Assembly (NCBI GenBank): GCA_002633005.1
Contig: NMRA01000002.1
Location: 2,464,528 to 2,528,527, forward strand
DNA length: 64,000 nt
Source of the DNA: Phoronis australis
Lineage: Eukaryota; Animalia; Phoronida
Direction of reading: 5' to 3'
The notes beneath the pieces are model-generated. The model was given only the letters and a program-made list of their open reading frames with translations, made no database searches and had not been told where the DNA came from. The first letter of the stretch is position 1. The number at the start of each line of letters is the position of its first letter. Of the stretch, positions 13,390 to 27,875 are shown one piece after another. The position numbers were made by a program, and so were the translations under genes.

Positions 13390-15008
13390 AGCACGGCATG
13401 TTTATCACTGACTCGCGCAGCAGCGTAGATACGGCTCAGTGTAATCAGCTTACGCGAACACATTAACTGGTCTCTACTAAAATAACTGCATCAGGGATCA
13501 GAAAAGCTTAAGTTTTCCTGATTACATGCATACTTCTTGTAAAAAGTTCAAATCAAAACAGTCATAAATGTGAGGTATGCTTTTGCATTAATTTTCACGA
13601 CCAATTAAAAATTGTCGAAAATGACCTGTGATTTAATTCAAAATACAAGGATATCCCGTTTCAATTAAAACAGCTAGTAGGTTATGACAGTATTTTTGAA
13701 CAGATTTGTCAGCATAGGCCACATCAACTCAATTACTTGAAGCTATAGTTTAAAATTGCACAGTTACGGTCTCTGTGCACCTTCTACTTGTTAATTGTGG
13801 GTCTTTTGAGCTTTCGTTGCCAGAAACGCCCCACTCGCAGGGCACTCAGCTCTGCTGATTCCAACAGGGAAGATCAGTTTTTGAAGTTCATAAATCACCA
13901 TCATCAAGTCACATTCTTTGAAATTCATAATAACCAACTCCGATAATATATATCCAGATTTGTGAGTAATTCCGAAAAGTCTCCCGTATTTTTTCTGCCA
14001 ATAAAAGCCGTCATCTTTGTACAAGTTTGGACAATCACACAGTTCTGTGTAAATAATGCTTGACAGTTAATTTAACCCCATCAGATAAACACAAGCTGTA
14101 CGAGGTAATCCAGGCATTGTATTAGATGACTGAACAGGCTTTAGATCACTGTTTGAGTACATTTGAAGGGAAACCATCTGACTTTTTGTTGTCAAACCGT
14201 TGACACTGTCCTCTCTTTTCTTGGTGATGAGTTGCCAAAACGTTGCGTCTGTGTGTATTGTGTTCAGTATTAAAATATGAAGTTTTCAGAACTGAGCTGC
14301 ACTGGTTATGAGATTTTTGGTAACACTTATGCTAAGAAGTTCTTAAAACTAAGGTAGCCATCAAAAACATGTAAGGATGTGTCCACCAACATCACCATTA
14401 ATCCAATGAGATGCGTCGAAAATTCGAAGTGCCATGTGTTAACAGTACGCGAGTTATTTTCGTTGATCGACAACAGATGGCACACGAAAGCTAAAGGTCA
14501 CAGACGAGCGGACGTGTTATAGGGTGACAAAGGAATAATTCAATGGTTCCACTGTATTTAGGTCGTTGCTTAATAAAATAATTGGGCCTCGGAAATCTAA
14601 ACCATGGGCCAAGAGATTGCAACCGTTTGGAACACGTTAGTAGAGATTAAAAAAAATGAAAGGCGAATGCTATTTAGGTAAATCACACCATTAAGCTTAA
14701 GGAAAACTGATATGAGGTTATAAATATGCCTATGTGTAACATGACGTTAGAGGTCCGAGATCATTGGCTGTACCTCCGAATGTTTGATACTAATTGGATA
14801 GTACTGAATGAAAATTACTTAGCTAATGGTGGCATTTGACCTCTTTTGTCTTCAGCTAACCCAAATGGTGAAAATGTACAAAAAGCCTGTTCTAACAATG
14901 GTTAGGGTACATGATTTGGAAGACTGGCTCGAAGTGAGAACAGATCAGGAAAATGAGCATCTTTGCATCGCCCTCGTATAAATCGCCTTGCATATACATG
15001 TAGGTATC

Positions 15009-15092
15009 CATAGGCGGAGCAGCACTGAAATAAGTGGAGGCTATAGTCCCCTCCCCCCACCCCCGGCCTATATATATGGTGCGCCGCCCATG
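15009..15092. mobile_element. 84-bp CATAGGCGG...CCGCCCATG MITE
   Basis: Terminal inverted repeats; flanks GTATC / GTTTC (4 of 5 match); same internal sequence as the monomer of 6980-7125. Confidence 0.7.
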
Positions 15093-16121
15093 GTTTCTGA
15101 ATGTAATAACCCACAGTTATCGTCACGTACGTTATATAACATATATTTATGTAGCGTAGGTGTTGTAACAACTAGGATGGGCATAACTTTTTAATCTTAC
15201 ATGTGAATTGGGGATCATTTTGACGAGCCTTTTTATTATGGAGAAAATTCATCCAAAGACAAACCTCACACTATTAACGTCTTAAAAGACTTTTTGACAT
15301 TTAACAGCGCGATCACACAAGTATCGAAAACTTGTGTCGAAGAGCGTAGTGCCTTACATATGTTCATCTCACCAGAAAGCATTTACCCTGCTCATAATTA
15401 GCTGGGCACAGCTTCATCATGACAGCGCCATAAGAGCCAATGGGTTTCTGAGGCTGAGCGTGTAGTGTGCCATGGATGCGTATCTTGCTCTGAAAATCAG
15501 CATCGTGCGCGGCAACCTGTTGTCTATGACAGGCAAAAAAGCCTCTTTTCCGCCTCCAGCGTGCAATAGACTTTGTGCACAGTCAAGTTCCTGACTGAGT
15601 TAACTTCTTAATTAATTTGAAATGATGTCACTAGAGTTGACTGGTCATCAGTGTTGAGCACATGAATAACTCAATCCGAATTAGCACTTGCGCAATGATT
15701 TATGAACGTTACCAAGAACTGAATGTGTCATGGATTTAAAAGTAAATAGCATTATTGTAATGAGAAAACTGATCTGAAATAATTTACAAAACGCCTTACA
15801 AGTTGTTGGACCAGGTCAATTGAATGTCAAGCCGTTTCAGTTACCATGGAAATATACAGCTAGTGGGTATCGCCGCACACCAGTTAATCCAAACACATTA
15901 TTTTGTAAAATTTTCTATTTCAAAAATGCCCTCGCCTGGATATTTGAATCTGAAAAGAAAATTTTCCGGCTGATGTGATGCTACAGTGCATTTTTTATTT
16001 CTCAGCAGATGTTCCAGACGTACATGTTAGGAATAAACATCCAGGTCATTAACACAATGAGATCGACTAAATGGCCTCGACTGGAATTTGGGGGCACTGC
16101 GTAAACAGAACCATGCCTCGT

Positions 16122-16363
16122 ACTTGCGCACACCCACCCAAAAAATGGGGAACTCGAATTTTTGAGAATGTGGACCTTCACTAAGATTCATGGGGTACGT
16201 TCAGAGCTATGAATTGTGCCTTCGTCGAATTTTGGTAGTTCCTGCCTTTTCAGTGGACTTTTGTGGTTCTGCCTACTTTTTTGGAGTTTCTGTTTCTCTG
16301 AGGCGGACATTTTAGTCCACTTCGCCAACCCCCCACTCCTCCCCCCCCCGTCCGGTGCGCGTA
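16122..16363. mobile_element. CATGCGCG-family MITE copy
   Basis: Internal sequence aligns by eye with 30327-30579 (GTACGTTCAGAGCTA...GAATT); flanked by CTCGT on both sides. Confidence 0.7.
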
Positions 16364-17536
16364 CTCGTGGTATTGTCAGGAATAAACATCCGGGTGTGAC
16401 GTCATCAAAACAATGATAGGGCAGCCAAGCGACAAGATGGCTTTGACTGGAATTAGAGGGCATCATGCATGAATAAGCATGGGTCGTAGTATGTTTGAAT
16501 ACCTGTATAAGAGATGTCTGCTTCTTACGTCGTGAAATTGCCGCTTGTTGACAGTTGTGCCCTTCGTCAGTCTGTTCTTCAAAAGTTTGGGTTCCTTGAA
16601 GACGACGACTCTGCAGGAATTGCTTTAGAATAGCCCGTTAATTCCCATGTCATACACGCTAACCAACCACGTTTACAACCCCGGCATCTCACTCTAGTTG
16701 ATTCCAAGTAAATGTTACCCCAGTGCGCTTCAACACACTTGCAAACCTAACGACGGCTGAACCAATACTATATTCAAGGTCACTTCACAATGAATTAATA
16801 AAGCGTTGTAGGCCGTGCACCGCAGCCCAAGTCTTCGTGGGCCATTTAAGTGTAACGTGACGCGCTTAATTACGATCGCAAATACGACCGCAAGATTTCG
16901 CTAGTGTTTTACGAACATTAATCATTATATTATTCAATGAGGAATAGCGGAGTTACAACCGAATCGATTTAACGATTGCGCATGCCCGGAAATTATGGTG
17001 CGCAAAGGCTATTGGGATTGATTAGGGTATGTGGAATCGTATCTACATGTATGGTGGAATGGCCGATTGGTTTGCACGACGTGTGATTTCCGTGCATTAA
17101 ACTACGCTGCTGTATGTAATTATGTCGCTATTCGCCCTAATAAGTGCCCCAACGCCTTTTCAGACTTGCTAAAGTAAGCGCCCAGCCCATGAACTACATG
17201 CGAAAAATTCCTTACCCACAGTTCTAACGTCTCCAATTTATCAATTGAAAGATCCGACAGTCCTGAATTTGTAGACTACGAGCCTCACCGTGTCCGTATA
17301 AGCTTCAAACTTGCACCGCGATTCAAAAAGAACGCAAAAGTTTTGCTGCTCTTGCAAGGGATGTGCCCCACGTCTACGCGGGTCTGGACTTTGAAAACAG
17401 ACGCAGCGTACTCAGTTGTCAGCGGGATTGCATTGTTTCTTTCCGGTACAGATCTTCTCAGTCGATACGATTAATGGATATGCGCCTTAGTTTGGATGTC
17501 TTCTCTTGCAGCTTCGAGTGTGGCTACGAAGCCCAG

Positions 17537-17622
17537 CTCCCTCCCTCCCTCTCTCCCNNNNNNNNNNNNNNNNNNNNNNNNNNNNNNNNTCCCCCCTCCT
17601 TCCCCGCCTCTCTCCCTCCCTT
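17537..17622. repeat. CT-rich low-complexity tract containing an assembly gap (N run)
   Basis: CTCC repeats either side of Ns at 17558-17589. Confidence 0.8.
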
Positions 17623-19117
17623 TCTCACAGATGGATTCAAAGGAGCCGCAAGGCCCATAAAATTTGACACCACTGTAAGCAGCATCGCATTGTTTGAACC
17701 AGTGACTGTGTTACTTGCCTGTTGGTTAAATCAAACTTTCTGGTATCCAACCAATTACCGTTTCTAACTTACTAAGTAATAGCTGGCTTTTGTTTTTTAA
17801 ATCTGCACCCACTTGATTTTTTACCGTAATAGAATATGTACACATAACGTCACTATATATTTAATCCATTCAACACCGCTTAATTTTTTGTAAACTTGAA
17901 GTAATGCCCCGTTTATAATATGAACACTTCCAGAGATGTAAATTTAATCCTTTTTGAACATCCACGTCGACCTCTTCAGTGTTCGTAACCTTGCAGGGTT
18001 TGGTGAAGTTATTACCATCAAATACAAAATAGGCGAACTTGTAAAATATTTTCACTAAGTTTGCAAAAAATTATATCAACTTCAATTTTTAGAAAATTGG
18101 TATTATTTCTTTTTTACTCAGAAATGTCCGTACCAGTGTTTCCAGTTTAGTTATTCTCCTCATCCACCGTTACTCCACTGATGATTTCCTGCCTCAAATC
18201 ACGACAAGTACGTCAGGCTACCGTTATTCTCGTCTTCATTTTCTCAAGTCCTGTCCCAACGTCATCCCGCCTCAATATTCTTGGGCAATTTATTCCACGC
18301 TTCGGGGATAACCGGTTCCGTTGTGAAACGGGTGTCACTCCAATTTTTTTCAGATGGTCAGAAATTATTTGTTGGCCACCTCTTGAATATTGTAGCAAAA
18401 CATTTACGTTCGCCAATAATCATGTGACCTGACAATTTTTCTTCGTGTACTTACATCCGAGTGCTTATACCCCTGATGTATAGCGAACATCCAACAACGG
18501 TGCTTATTGGAGATTTAGAAACAAACTTCACGGCTTTTTGAGTCACCAACCAGTCTCAGACAGATATTTGCAGCATCCCATGAAACAATGTATCCGTAGC
18601 ACCTTCTAACTCTTCAATGTCGGCAATGTATGTTCGCCACTGGCTGATGAACAGGTCTGGATAACTCATAACCTTGTTTTCCGCCAACATTGCCACGTGC
18701 CATGGGTGTAGCCGGCTCCAGTCGTTTCATCGTGTAACCAAAATAATTGTCAAAAGCATTCCCACATTTTAAGACGCATACTTTAGTAAAAAACAGACGT
18801 CCTGCTCTCCTAATATAAACTTAATTTAGCAAGAGGCGACGTTGTATGCCGATGCCACCTATTCAGTAAATTACAAGTTCCAGTATTGGGAAAGAGGGCA
18901 AGATCATATTATTTCATTGACACAAAAAAATCTACAGTTTTCCATTTTTCATATTCCAGTCTTTTTCGTATTGATAACGAACAATGCAAGCATTCGGAAG
19001 ATATTCTCGTAGATTTCCCTCGCTCTCTGCGAGGTGAGCGTTACATGCGCACCTGACGAACTTAGTCACTCTGCCAATCATTCTCTACTATCAGTTATAG
19101 CTGGAAATGCGACCTGC

Positions 19118-19131
19118 GAGTGATGAGAATA

Positions 19132-19204
<73 letters not shown>

Positions 19205-19259
19205 CAAACGACACACTGATTTCTGTGTGTGGGCATTAATGTGAGTGATGAGAATAATG
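19118..19259 (-). mobile_element. 5'-truncated retroposon remnant: ~40 bp unique 3' end plus (ATC)n tail, flanked by a 17-bp TSD
   Basis: GAGTGATGAGAATAATG at 19118-19134 and 19243-19259 brackets (GAT)n and a short ACACAC...GTGTGT hairpin. Confidence 0.7.
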
Positions 19260-20457
19260 CTCTTGCTTATGCACGCATGTACATGCCATTATCTTTACTG
19301 AGTTGTAAATTAAGTATAGATGTCATACAAAATATTTTCAGTTGCTTAAGCGGTTATAAACCCGGGTTTCGTACAAAAAAACGAACTTTGATTTATTACC
19401 GCTGAAAAAGTGGTCTCAAGTTTTGGTTACCCAGAAGAAAAATGATTTTCGGGTTTGTAAAGAACCTGACGGTAGGTATTCCTCAAAATGACCTGAAGAC
19501 CACGGTCGGCGCATAAAATGACAAACACCTTTTCGAGAAACACGGCCCTGAGCGTATTAAGCAATTTGCCAAATATATCATGTCTGATTTTGAACTTAGA
19601 AACCATCGCATTTATGGTAGGCATACATCTGAGTTGTGTGGTTAAAGTGACTAATAAGCCCAACTGGGCTGGGTACTTATCTTTATTACGAATGTTATTC
19701 CTATAACTGTTTGAATTAATTGTTCTTGTCACTATAATAAACAAATACAATATAATACAATACAATACAATACAAGGAGTTTCAAAAAGACACCAGTTTT
19801 GACAGGGTGTGCCAACCCACCAATCGGGCCACTTTAAGCCGAGTCAATGCCAAGTGGCACTTCAAACTCTTTTGATTATAGCCTACAATTGCTTTATAAC
19901 ATATCGACGGAAACTTCGAGAGAACTTTGTGCTGAGAATCAATGTTGTGATTTGCATTTCAGGTTGTATTTTTAAAAGAAATGCATATTTATCATTCCCA
20001 GCTGAAGTCACCTTTCCTGAACAAGGAGTCAATATTTAGATCGTTCATTTTTTGACTTTCGTTCCATGACTATTTTTTTAACCTTATCCACTAAGCGTAG
20101 GACAGAAATGCTTAGAAAATATGATCAGAAATTTCTTTTTCTGAGCTCATGCAAGCATGAAATATTTCCATGTCCTCAATTTCTAGAAATTAGTATCGAA
20201 AAGTAGATGGTTCACATAGTGTTTCGAGGATTTCACTTTTAGAGTGCAAAATGAGCTACAACACCTTTTGAGGTGACCGGCTTGGTCCACTCGCTTTTGA
20301 GTAGTCTCTCATATCGCAACATTATACATCTACCTGTAGGTCGGCTTAAGTAGTGTTCAGTTTATAAGGCTTTGAATTTTACAAAGTCTCACTTATCAAG
20401 TATTAAAATTGAATGCACGATCATTTTGGACTGTAGCTTAGTATTCTCCCTTACAAC

Positions 20458-20625
20458 AAATGCGCGCACCCAGGGAGGGGCTCGGGGGGNTTTGGCGAAG
20501 TGGGCAAAAAGGTCCGCCTGCGAGAAACAAAATGTCCGAGAAAATGAGACAAAAGTCCACTAAAAAACGCGCAAGTCACAGTGGTGCTCCCGTTTTTTTT
20601 TATTTTTTTTTTTTAGTCCTGTTAC
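20458..20625. mobile_element. Partial CATGCGCG-family MITE
   Basis: TGCGCGCACCCAGGGAGGGGCTCGG...GGCAAAAAGGTCCGCC...AAAAGTCCAC; right end missing. Confidence 0.6.
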
Positions 20626-23607
20626 CAAAGGTCGAGGGGCACTGGATTACTTTTTGTTCGAGCTGTTGTCGCGAACAATTAAACAGTTAAATTACTATTT
20701 GCTGAGAGTCTCTAGTTTACACTTTGCTTGTACAATGTAGTTGTTCAAACATGATACATGGATTTATGAAGCTTTGAAAAAATGCATATTTTTCTACCTG
20801 AAATAGCCATTTTTTGCTACTACACAAGACTTGTCATCTTTTGTAGCAATGCCACAGCTTAGTGATCATGCTACGTTAAAAATTAACCGAAAGCTACCTT
20901 TATGTGAAGTTCGTCAGGAGGCTTAACTTAAATGTTTAATGGTGCAATTGCTGTCAACTTCAGTGCATAGATTTGCCTTGGACACAGCCCTAGACATACC
21001 GTAGCTGTAACTGCTTGCCTAGGACAAGATGAGTGTGTACCCGAACTATGAACCTGAGTTTTTTAATCAAAATATTTTGCTTGATGATTAGAAAGGCATA
21101 AACAGTGCCATCGACTCGACCAGCTTATTTACTCGGGGAATCTTACTTTTCATTTGGTGGAATTTAGCTGGCGGCAGAATAAAAATATCGATGAAACTTT
21201 ACTGTTTTTGTTCAAAATATCATGAAATCTATGATATGGCATAGGTAATTACGACTTTCAGGTACATACCCAACTTTAAATGAACAAATCGCATCAGTGG
21301 CCTTATCATTTGTCAGGGGAAGGTGAACAGCGTGGGGTTCTTCGGATTTTGGCTGACTACGAAATACTCTTCCTCGATAACTTGTTTTTTCATCATCGCC
21401 TTTAGAAATTCTCAGTCACATAATGAACCCCGGTACAATTCTCTGCTCAAAAGCAACGGCTGTTGTCCGTCTTCGTCGAAACACTGAGCGATTCCATCAG
21501 GAACGTCGGTTAGCGACAGTGTATTTGCCTCCGACATCTTGTGTATTAGTCGGGTGCCACACGACTTTTTGCACGGTGGCGCAGCTTACGATAGGTCAAT
21601 TTTACCAGCTAGTCCCAACCTTGGCTACCCCCGGTCGCCCCCTGAATCACATGGCATTAGTCTTCCATGTCACGCGAATTCTCCAGCACGACCAGTCACC
21701 CCGCCCCACTAATTTGTTCACGTTTCTGAAGTAAAATGAGTGCAAAACTGCAAGGGCTACGTTCAAGGTGAGTGTCCGAAATCGCTTTTGGTAAAGTTAT
21801 ATGACTAAAGGCTTTCACTATACATTCACGAGACCACACGTACCACATAGCCGAAGTCAAGCTGGCAATTAGCGCCGCCCTCAGGCAGTTTCACAAGCGG
21901 ACCACCAATTGAATCTGGGAACTTGACGAAAACCTTCACGGCCTCAACACACATGCAGTATAAGCTACATATAAAGTTTAGAAGTGGTGGTGCAAAACCT
22001 CTGGTTAAAAGGATACTAAACCCTGATTTAATGATTTCAACCAATCCTCGTTGTGTCAACTGTTTTAAACGTGCCATTGGCGTCAATCTTGAAAGATAAA
22101 AACAGAAATTAACAAAAAATCACACTCCCTGTCATAGACTGGATATTATGGTTCTTGCTGGGGGGTCTTTCTTCACAGTTGTCGTGTAATCCACTAAAAC
22201 CGTAGGTCACGCTTGCCCGTTCAGCAGACATCAAGTTTTCAACATTTCCTCCAAACTTTTCAGACTTGTAAAGGTTTATTTTGTTTCAGAGAATTGGATG
22301 GAAAAGTCGTTTTAAATATCTGTTAATAGGCTGAAAAATGGTTTGGTATCCTTTTAATACCGGAGTCGCTCCCTCGTTATTCTTAGGCACAACTGCCATT
22401 CGCCCCAGGTTTCCTTGTTGCCACACCGAATTTCAGCCCCCAGGCCAGTCGTGACCCAACCTTTGGTGGCCGTCGCGATAGACCCGTTCTGTTTAGGAAA
22501 TTGACTGCAGGGCGATTTTCTATCAGAGATTCCAGATTTGTTTCCACCAAACTTCCGGATGATAAAATAAAAACAAAGATTGGTTTTGATTGAATTAAAT
22601 CGAGCATTTATTGTCATAATGTAGGCTTACTCACGCTTAAGTAGGCGTACTCGGTATCGTGTCATTTTTTACGCCTCGGTCATTATCAGATTTGTGGACG
22701 CTGAAAAAACAACGTATTGACCTTGCTGAAAGTAATAATTTTACTGTGGGGTAACTAACTCGACGTCGTCTTATCTTGAGGTCACCGAAGGTTATGTAGG
22801 ACCTTATCGATTTGTCGGTCTATTTACCAGCCAAATGTCTATAAATCTGTTGATTTTAACTCGTTAAAAGTACATATTTTCTGAAAGTAGAGAGCCTGAA
22901 AGATTTAATTTTTTACTTCATACCAATGTGTTGTTGATTACCGTGGTGTGCAGATGTAAGCGGTTTTGTTCAGGGTACTCACACACAAATGAGAGGGAAA
23001 CTGCACAAGACGAGTATCATTTAGCTAGCTACCTGTAATATGAGTGAGCCAGTTTTGAATATGAACTCATCCTGGCCGGAGTGGGCGTGTCGGGTATATT
23101 GCTCGGTGCACGGATGCACAACATCGTCCTTGGGTGAAATGAATGTCTACTTGGCCATTGACAGACACACACGTGATCTACTGTAGTGAGGGAAACTGCC
23201 CTTGGTGACACTGCAAGGCAGTGGGTGTCTACCCTAAATGTATTTGGAGCATCGGCAGCGCCATTGGCTTGTTATGAAGAGAGGCCGGTGTCTGCTTCCA
23301 ATGAAATTGAGTCTGGGTAGGCACTACACAAAGGCCAAGGGAGTTCCAGATTTGCTGACTCCGTGAAAGAGTTTTTAGTTGACGGGAACGTTTGCAGCTG
23401 GGTAAAGAACTGGTGTCAGGTGTACCCCTGAAGTCAGCGAAGGATGGCCAGAAACATATTTAAACGAGATGACTGGACACCAGAGTCCAGATCAAAGGTT
23501 TCTGGCATGGCTGCGTCATCAACTGCTGGGTACGGAGACTCGCAAACAGTGGAGGGAGAAATCTTTTAAGTCACGTGATTACATATGGAGTTATGGAAAA
23601 GGTGGTT

Positions 23608-24665
23608 CAGGGCTCGACGCTAGTAAAATCGCCAGGTCACATTTTGCGACCTAGCCAAAATCCCAGGTCGCATTTTAAAAATCCAGCTCGCGTTTGTAAA
23701 TGCCAGGTCGCAAAATTTCCCCGCCATTTTACGCGCCAAAATTGATTTTTTAGATCATCGAGAAAATGTTTAGAATATGCTCTTACCTGCAGCGTTAAAT
23801 ACTCACAAATTTCAGATCGCAAAATTGACTTCGTTCATGCAGGTACGGCGTTACTGTTCTTCACGACCGCCATTGAAAGGCTCTAGAGCGCAAGGCAAGT
23901 TGCCGACGTGAAAGTTGAATCAGTGCTCTCTAACTGAAACGTACATTCGAGTAGCTAAGTTTTGCGATGTGAAAAGGGAGAAGTGTCCGTCGAAAAAGTA
24001 TCTGGGATTTTGCTAGGTCTGACCTGCTACTGGCTGTCATCAAAGTCGTTAAAGATTCAAACTAACTCGGAGTACAAATTCCCTCCACTTTTTGTTCGCA
24101 GCCCAAATTTTGCAATTTAACTCGACGTTTGAAAGACATCTGACGAAAAAAATCCGTGAAACGATGCCCTAACCAAATAACCTATTTGGATGCGTGCGAA
24201 AAATTCAGTGCAAATTTCACAACAAAAATGTGGTTCTTATGATGTTTACGTACTCAACAATTAGTTTTCCATGAAATGAATAGCCTCGAAATAATTCCCG
24301 ACTCCCTCCGTGCGGTTTCCCATCGGGTAATGGCGAGTTTGCTCCTCAGTACCTTCCAAGTACGGGAAAAATAGGTCAGTCACAAAACGAAACGCATGTC
24401 ACTAGTGTTAACTTTCTTTCGATTCTGCATATTTCATGTTCACGCGACTTCCTTGCAGGTCATCGAGAGGGCTGTTCTCGGTTAGTGTTCTTTTGAGTTG
24501 CTTTATATTTGCCTGGTATATGCCGAGAATTTTAAAACTCAGCTCGCATTCATTGTAAATTCCAGGTAGCATTTTGCGACTTGATACGACCTGACAAAAA
24601 TCTCATTTCGCATTTTCAAATTTCCGGTCGCAAATGCGACCTGCAGCTCGTTATGTCGAGCCCTT
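23608..24665. mobile_element. Non-autonomous hAT-like element (~1.06 kb)
   Basis: TIR CAGGGCTCGAC ... GTCGAGCCCT and multiple subterminal (C)CAGGTCGCA/TGCGACC repeats at both ends. The same right end GTCGAGCCCTG occurs at 61-71. Confidence 0.7.
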
Positions 24666-27600
24666 AAGACCTACAGTACTACTGGGAAATTCTGTCAACA
24701 CCATTTTCTGCTGGTTGATTGTCGAGGTCGAGAAACTCCACAATTCTTTATTTATGTTGTACATTAGTAAATTTTTATTTGTTCAGTATTATTTATCGTC
24801 ACATGAATTTATCCTTCTGTGAAAAGAAGGAACAATAGACAAAATGTTTTAACTTAAAATCTTCGTTACCTTACGGGTTGAAATTTACAGAAGCACCTTT
24901 TTCGCTCAATTGAGAATCTGACGATACCAACAAAACACTCATCAGATACATGAATATGTCAATATCAATATGGTGTAGAAAATATGTTGCAAGCTCGCCA
25001 TCTGTTGGCCACATCACGTGACATAATGAATATATCAAGAGATAGTTCTTGACAGATATGACGACGTACAGTTTCTAAAAATGCCCGTTACACATACTTG
25101 GGAAAGACCAAGGTCATTGGATCTATAATTACATCCTCCAGCACATACATACAGTCACGAGCTCTTACTGTACATGTATTATCAACCTCTGTGGCAAAGA
25201 TTACTGCTTTGTAAAGAATACCCTACCTTCAAGTATTTGATTGCAAGAATCAGGGCCACTGTGAATATTTTTGTGCTCATGTCATTTTTTTTACTCCACC
25301 GATAGATTTTCTGAACAGAAGGACCACATCCCCAGCCCCCGCAACTTCTAGGCCTGTTCATATGCAATCGTGCTTTGCCCGATNCCACTGCATGTTCACA
25401 TAAAGGGAAGTAGGGCGTTTTATGCAGAGCAACATTCACGCTTGTTGTACGAGATCCAATGTCTAACAAAGGCAGCTTATTGGGTGCACGCTGGTCCAGA
25501 TGACCCATCTTATAAACGGCGAAAAAATGTTTAACATGCAGTCAAGGTTCTTTCCGGCATGTGGCAGTTTAACCAGACATCATTTTGTACAATTAGTTAG
25601 GCTAAAACGTACTGTAATTGAATTAAATAACTACACAACTCTTAGAAAAATCACAAATATTTAACATATAAATTCATAACCCAAACCCATTAGCCTGTTG
25701 GAAGGCAATAGCTATATGTTTTCTAGTTATATACTATACCCTGATACAGTGTATTCTAGGAACTAGTCTAGGTAACACTGTTTTCTACACCCTGGTCCCG
25801 CTGAATTAGTATAATCGTGTTTTATAATTTATGAACGGGACAATTTTTCCCCAAGAACCTCAACAATGCATCCTCACTGTCTCTCTTGCCGCATCCCCTT
25901 CGCACTATTGCCCCGGCTGCCAGACTACAGAGAAAAATCCATAAATTTAACAGACCCCACCACAATACCACCTTCTTGAATGGTCTTCCGATGGATACAA
26001 AACCCCTGATTTAAGAAAAAAAAATAATTATCACCTTCCAACCCACTTACTTACACAAAATGTGATGTTTCTGGTGTTTGCTTTACAATCAATGTACCTG
26101 AGCAGCCAAATAGTGCAAGGTTTACTCAGTAAAAGTACACGTTAACCCATATAAGCTGACAAATGAGACCAAACTTTTGACTTTGTATAAGTACTATAAA
26201 CCAGCTCAGTACTACTGAATCATACTGGTTTCATAATCACAAATGCTCATACATGTACCATTTGCTCGATTTCTCATTGTTAATGGCCAGAATCGGCCCC
26301 TTTGAAATTCGCCAAAATTCTCAATGTTTGAATAGCCACCACTAAGTAATAAAATGTCTGTTTACATATCCAACGTGGGTCTTAAGGTCAGATACATTCA
26401 CAGGAAAAAACCGTAGTGTTTCCCGAATTTGATGATGTTTCGATATTCTTGCAAAGTTGGCATCTGAAATACACGTAAGTGTCGAAAAGGCCATTTTCAG
26501 TGCAAGGTCAGCATTAAAACGAGGGTTGGGTCAAATTATCCAAGGTGACTCATCAATGCATATCTCAGGGGTAACCTAACTCTTTATACAGTTTCACAAA
26601 AATCTGTGGCGGTCGATGCAGAGCCACAGCCAATATTGTATAAAATACGGTGTCATGGTAATGGGATAAGCCATTTCTGAGATATGCTGTTTCAAACTTT
26701 GGACATTTTACCAGATTCTTACATATCTTTAAGTCTCATGCACAATACACTTACAAGACATACAAGCATGTAAAACAGCTAACTCGAAGCCACCTTTGCG
26801 CCGCCTTAGCATAAGCTTACCTTAACTTGCATTCAAAAGTCGTTGTACCTCAAGTGGCCTCCAACTCACCTTAGTGCCACCTTATCTCTGAAGTGTTGGA
26901 AAAAAACAGTCGCGTGATGTGATTACTAATTCGTCGTTCTTTCTATGAACATTTTTTATATTGTTGTGGACTTACTTTCAATGTTATTACTATAACAAAG
27001 ACTGCCATATTATCAATATTCAAACTGTTATTTCTATTTTAATAACTATTATTATTATTATTGTTATTGTTATTGTTGTTGCTGCTGCCTTTTATTACCA
27101 TGAATGCGCGTTTTTAGGTCCATGTGCCTACATCCGCATTCTCCAATTTGTTCGGTTCAAATGTGTTACGGTAATGTTTGAAGCTGCACTTACTTGCGGT
27201 GCTTAGGCACACGTCCAGCTCTAGCACACCGGCCCACTAATACATGTATACGTGCGGCAATTATTTGGGTTCTCTTGACGACCTTGTGAATAGGCATTGT
27301 GTTTTGTTCCGTAAAATTAACCTTGCGGCGTTTAAATTCTACTGCGGTTCAGACAAGCTTTTTCGGATTCTTGTACTTCAAACGAATCAGTAGCCGCTTA
27401 TTGTTGAAGCGAGTATGGAAAAAATGTCACCGCTGCCACGATAGCCAAGAGCTCTATTGCTATGGCTTTGGATCAGTGACATCCAGCACGTGAACATGGA
27501 TTTCACACAAAGCAAAGGAAACGAAACCCAAGACCACCTCAAAGAGGGTCACAAACAAATGCATTTCAAGGGCGGGGTAGCCGTTCAAAGCATTACATGT

Positions 27601-27875
27601 ATTTTATGTACACTGAAAAAGTTGATATCCACTAGGTAATATTCAGGATAAGCAGTCCTCTTACGTTACATGAATAGATAAAGAACATAAAGCTGCTCCC
27701 CCTTGGGAGACGGATCCAACATGACCTACACTACAACTGAATGCATGTCTTCACACTTTTACCGAGTAAGTTTTTAGTTCCACATTCTGTATTGTCGTCC
27801 GTTAATGACAGTTACATCGATGATGGTTACTGGTGATGAGCACGGCAGCAGCAACAGAAATTGCTATCCTCCAAC

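Noticed and set aside
12677-13390. 237-aa plus-strand ORF (and its 137-aa antisense ORF)
   Set aside because: Non-ATG start, runs through nested MITEs, no domain-like sequence.
13791-14400. Minus-strand frames faintly resembling a YqaJ-type nuclease
   Set aside because: Only a CD-hydrophobic resemblance; catalytic motifs not found.
23200-23560. Possible CR1/L2 ORF2 C-terminus (NSF...WNSL across a frameshift) on the minus strand
   Set aside because: Too short and degenerate to support a call.
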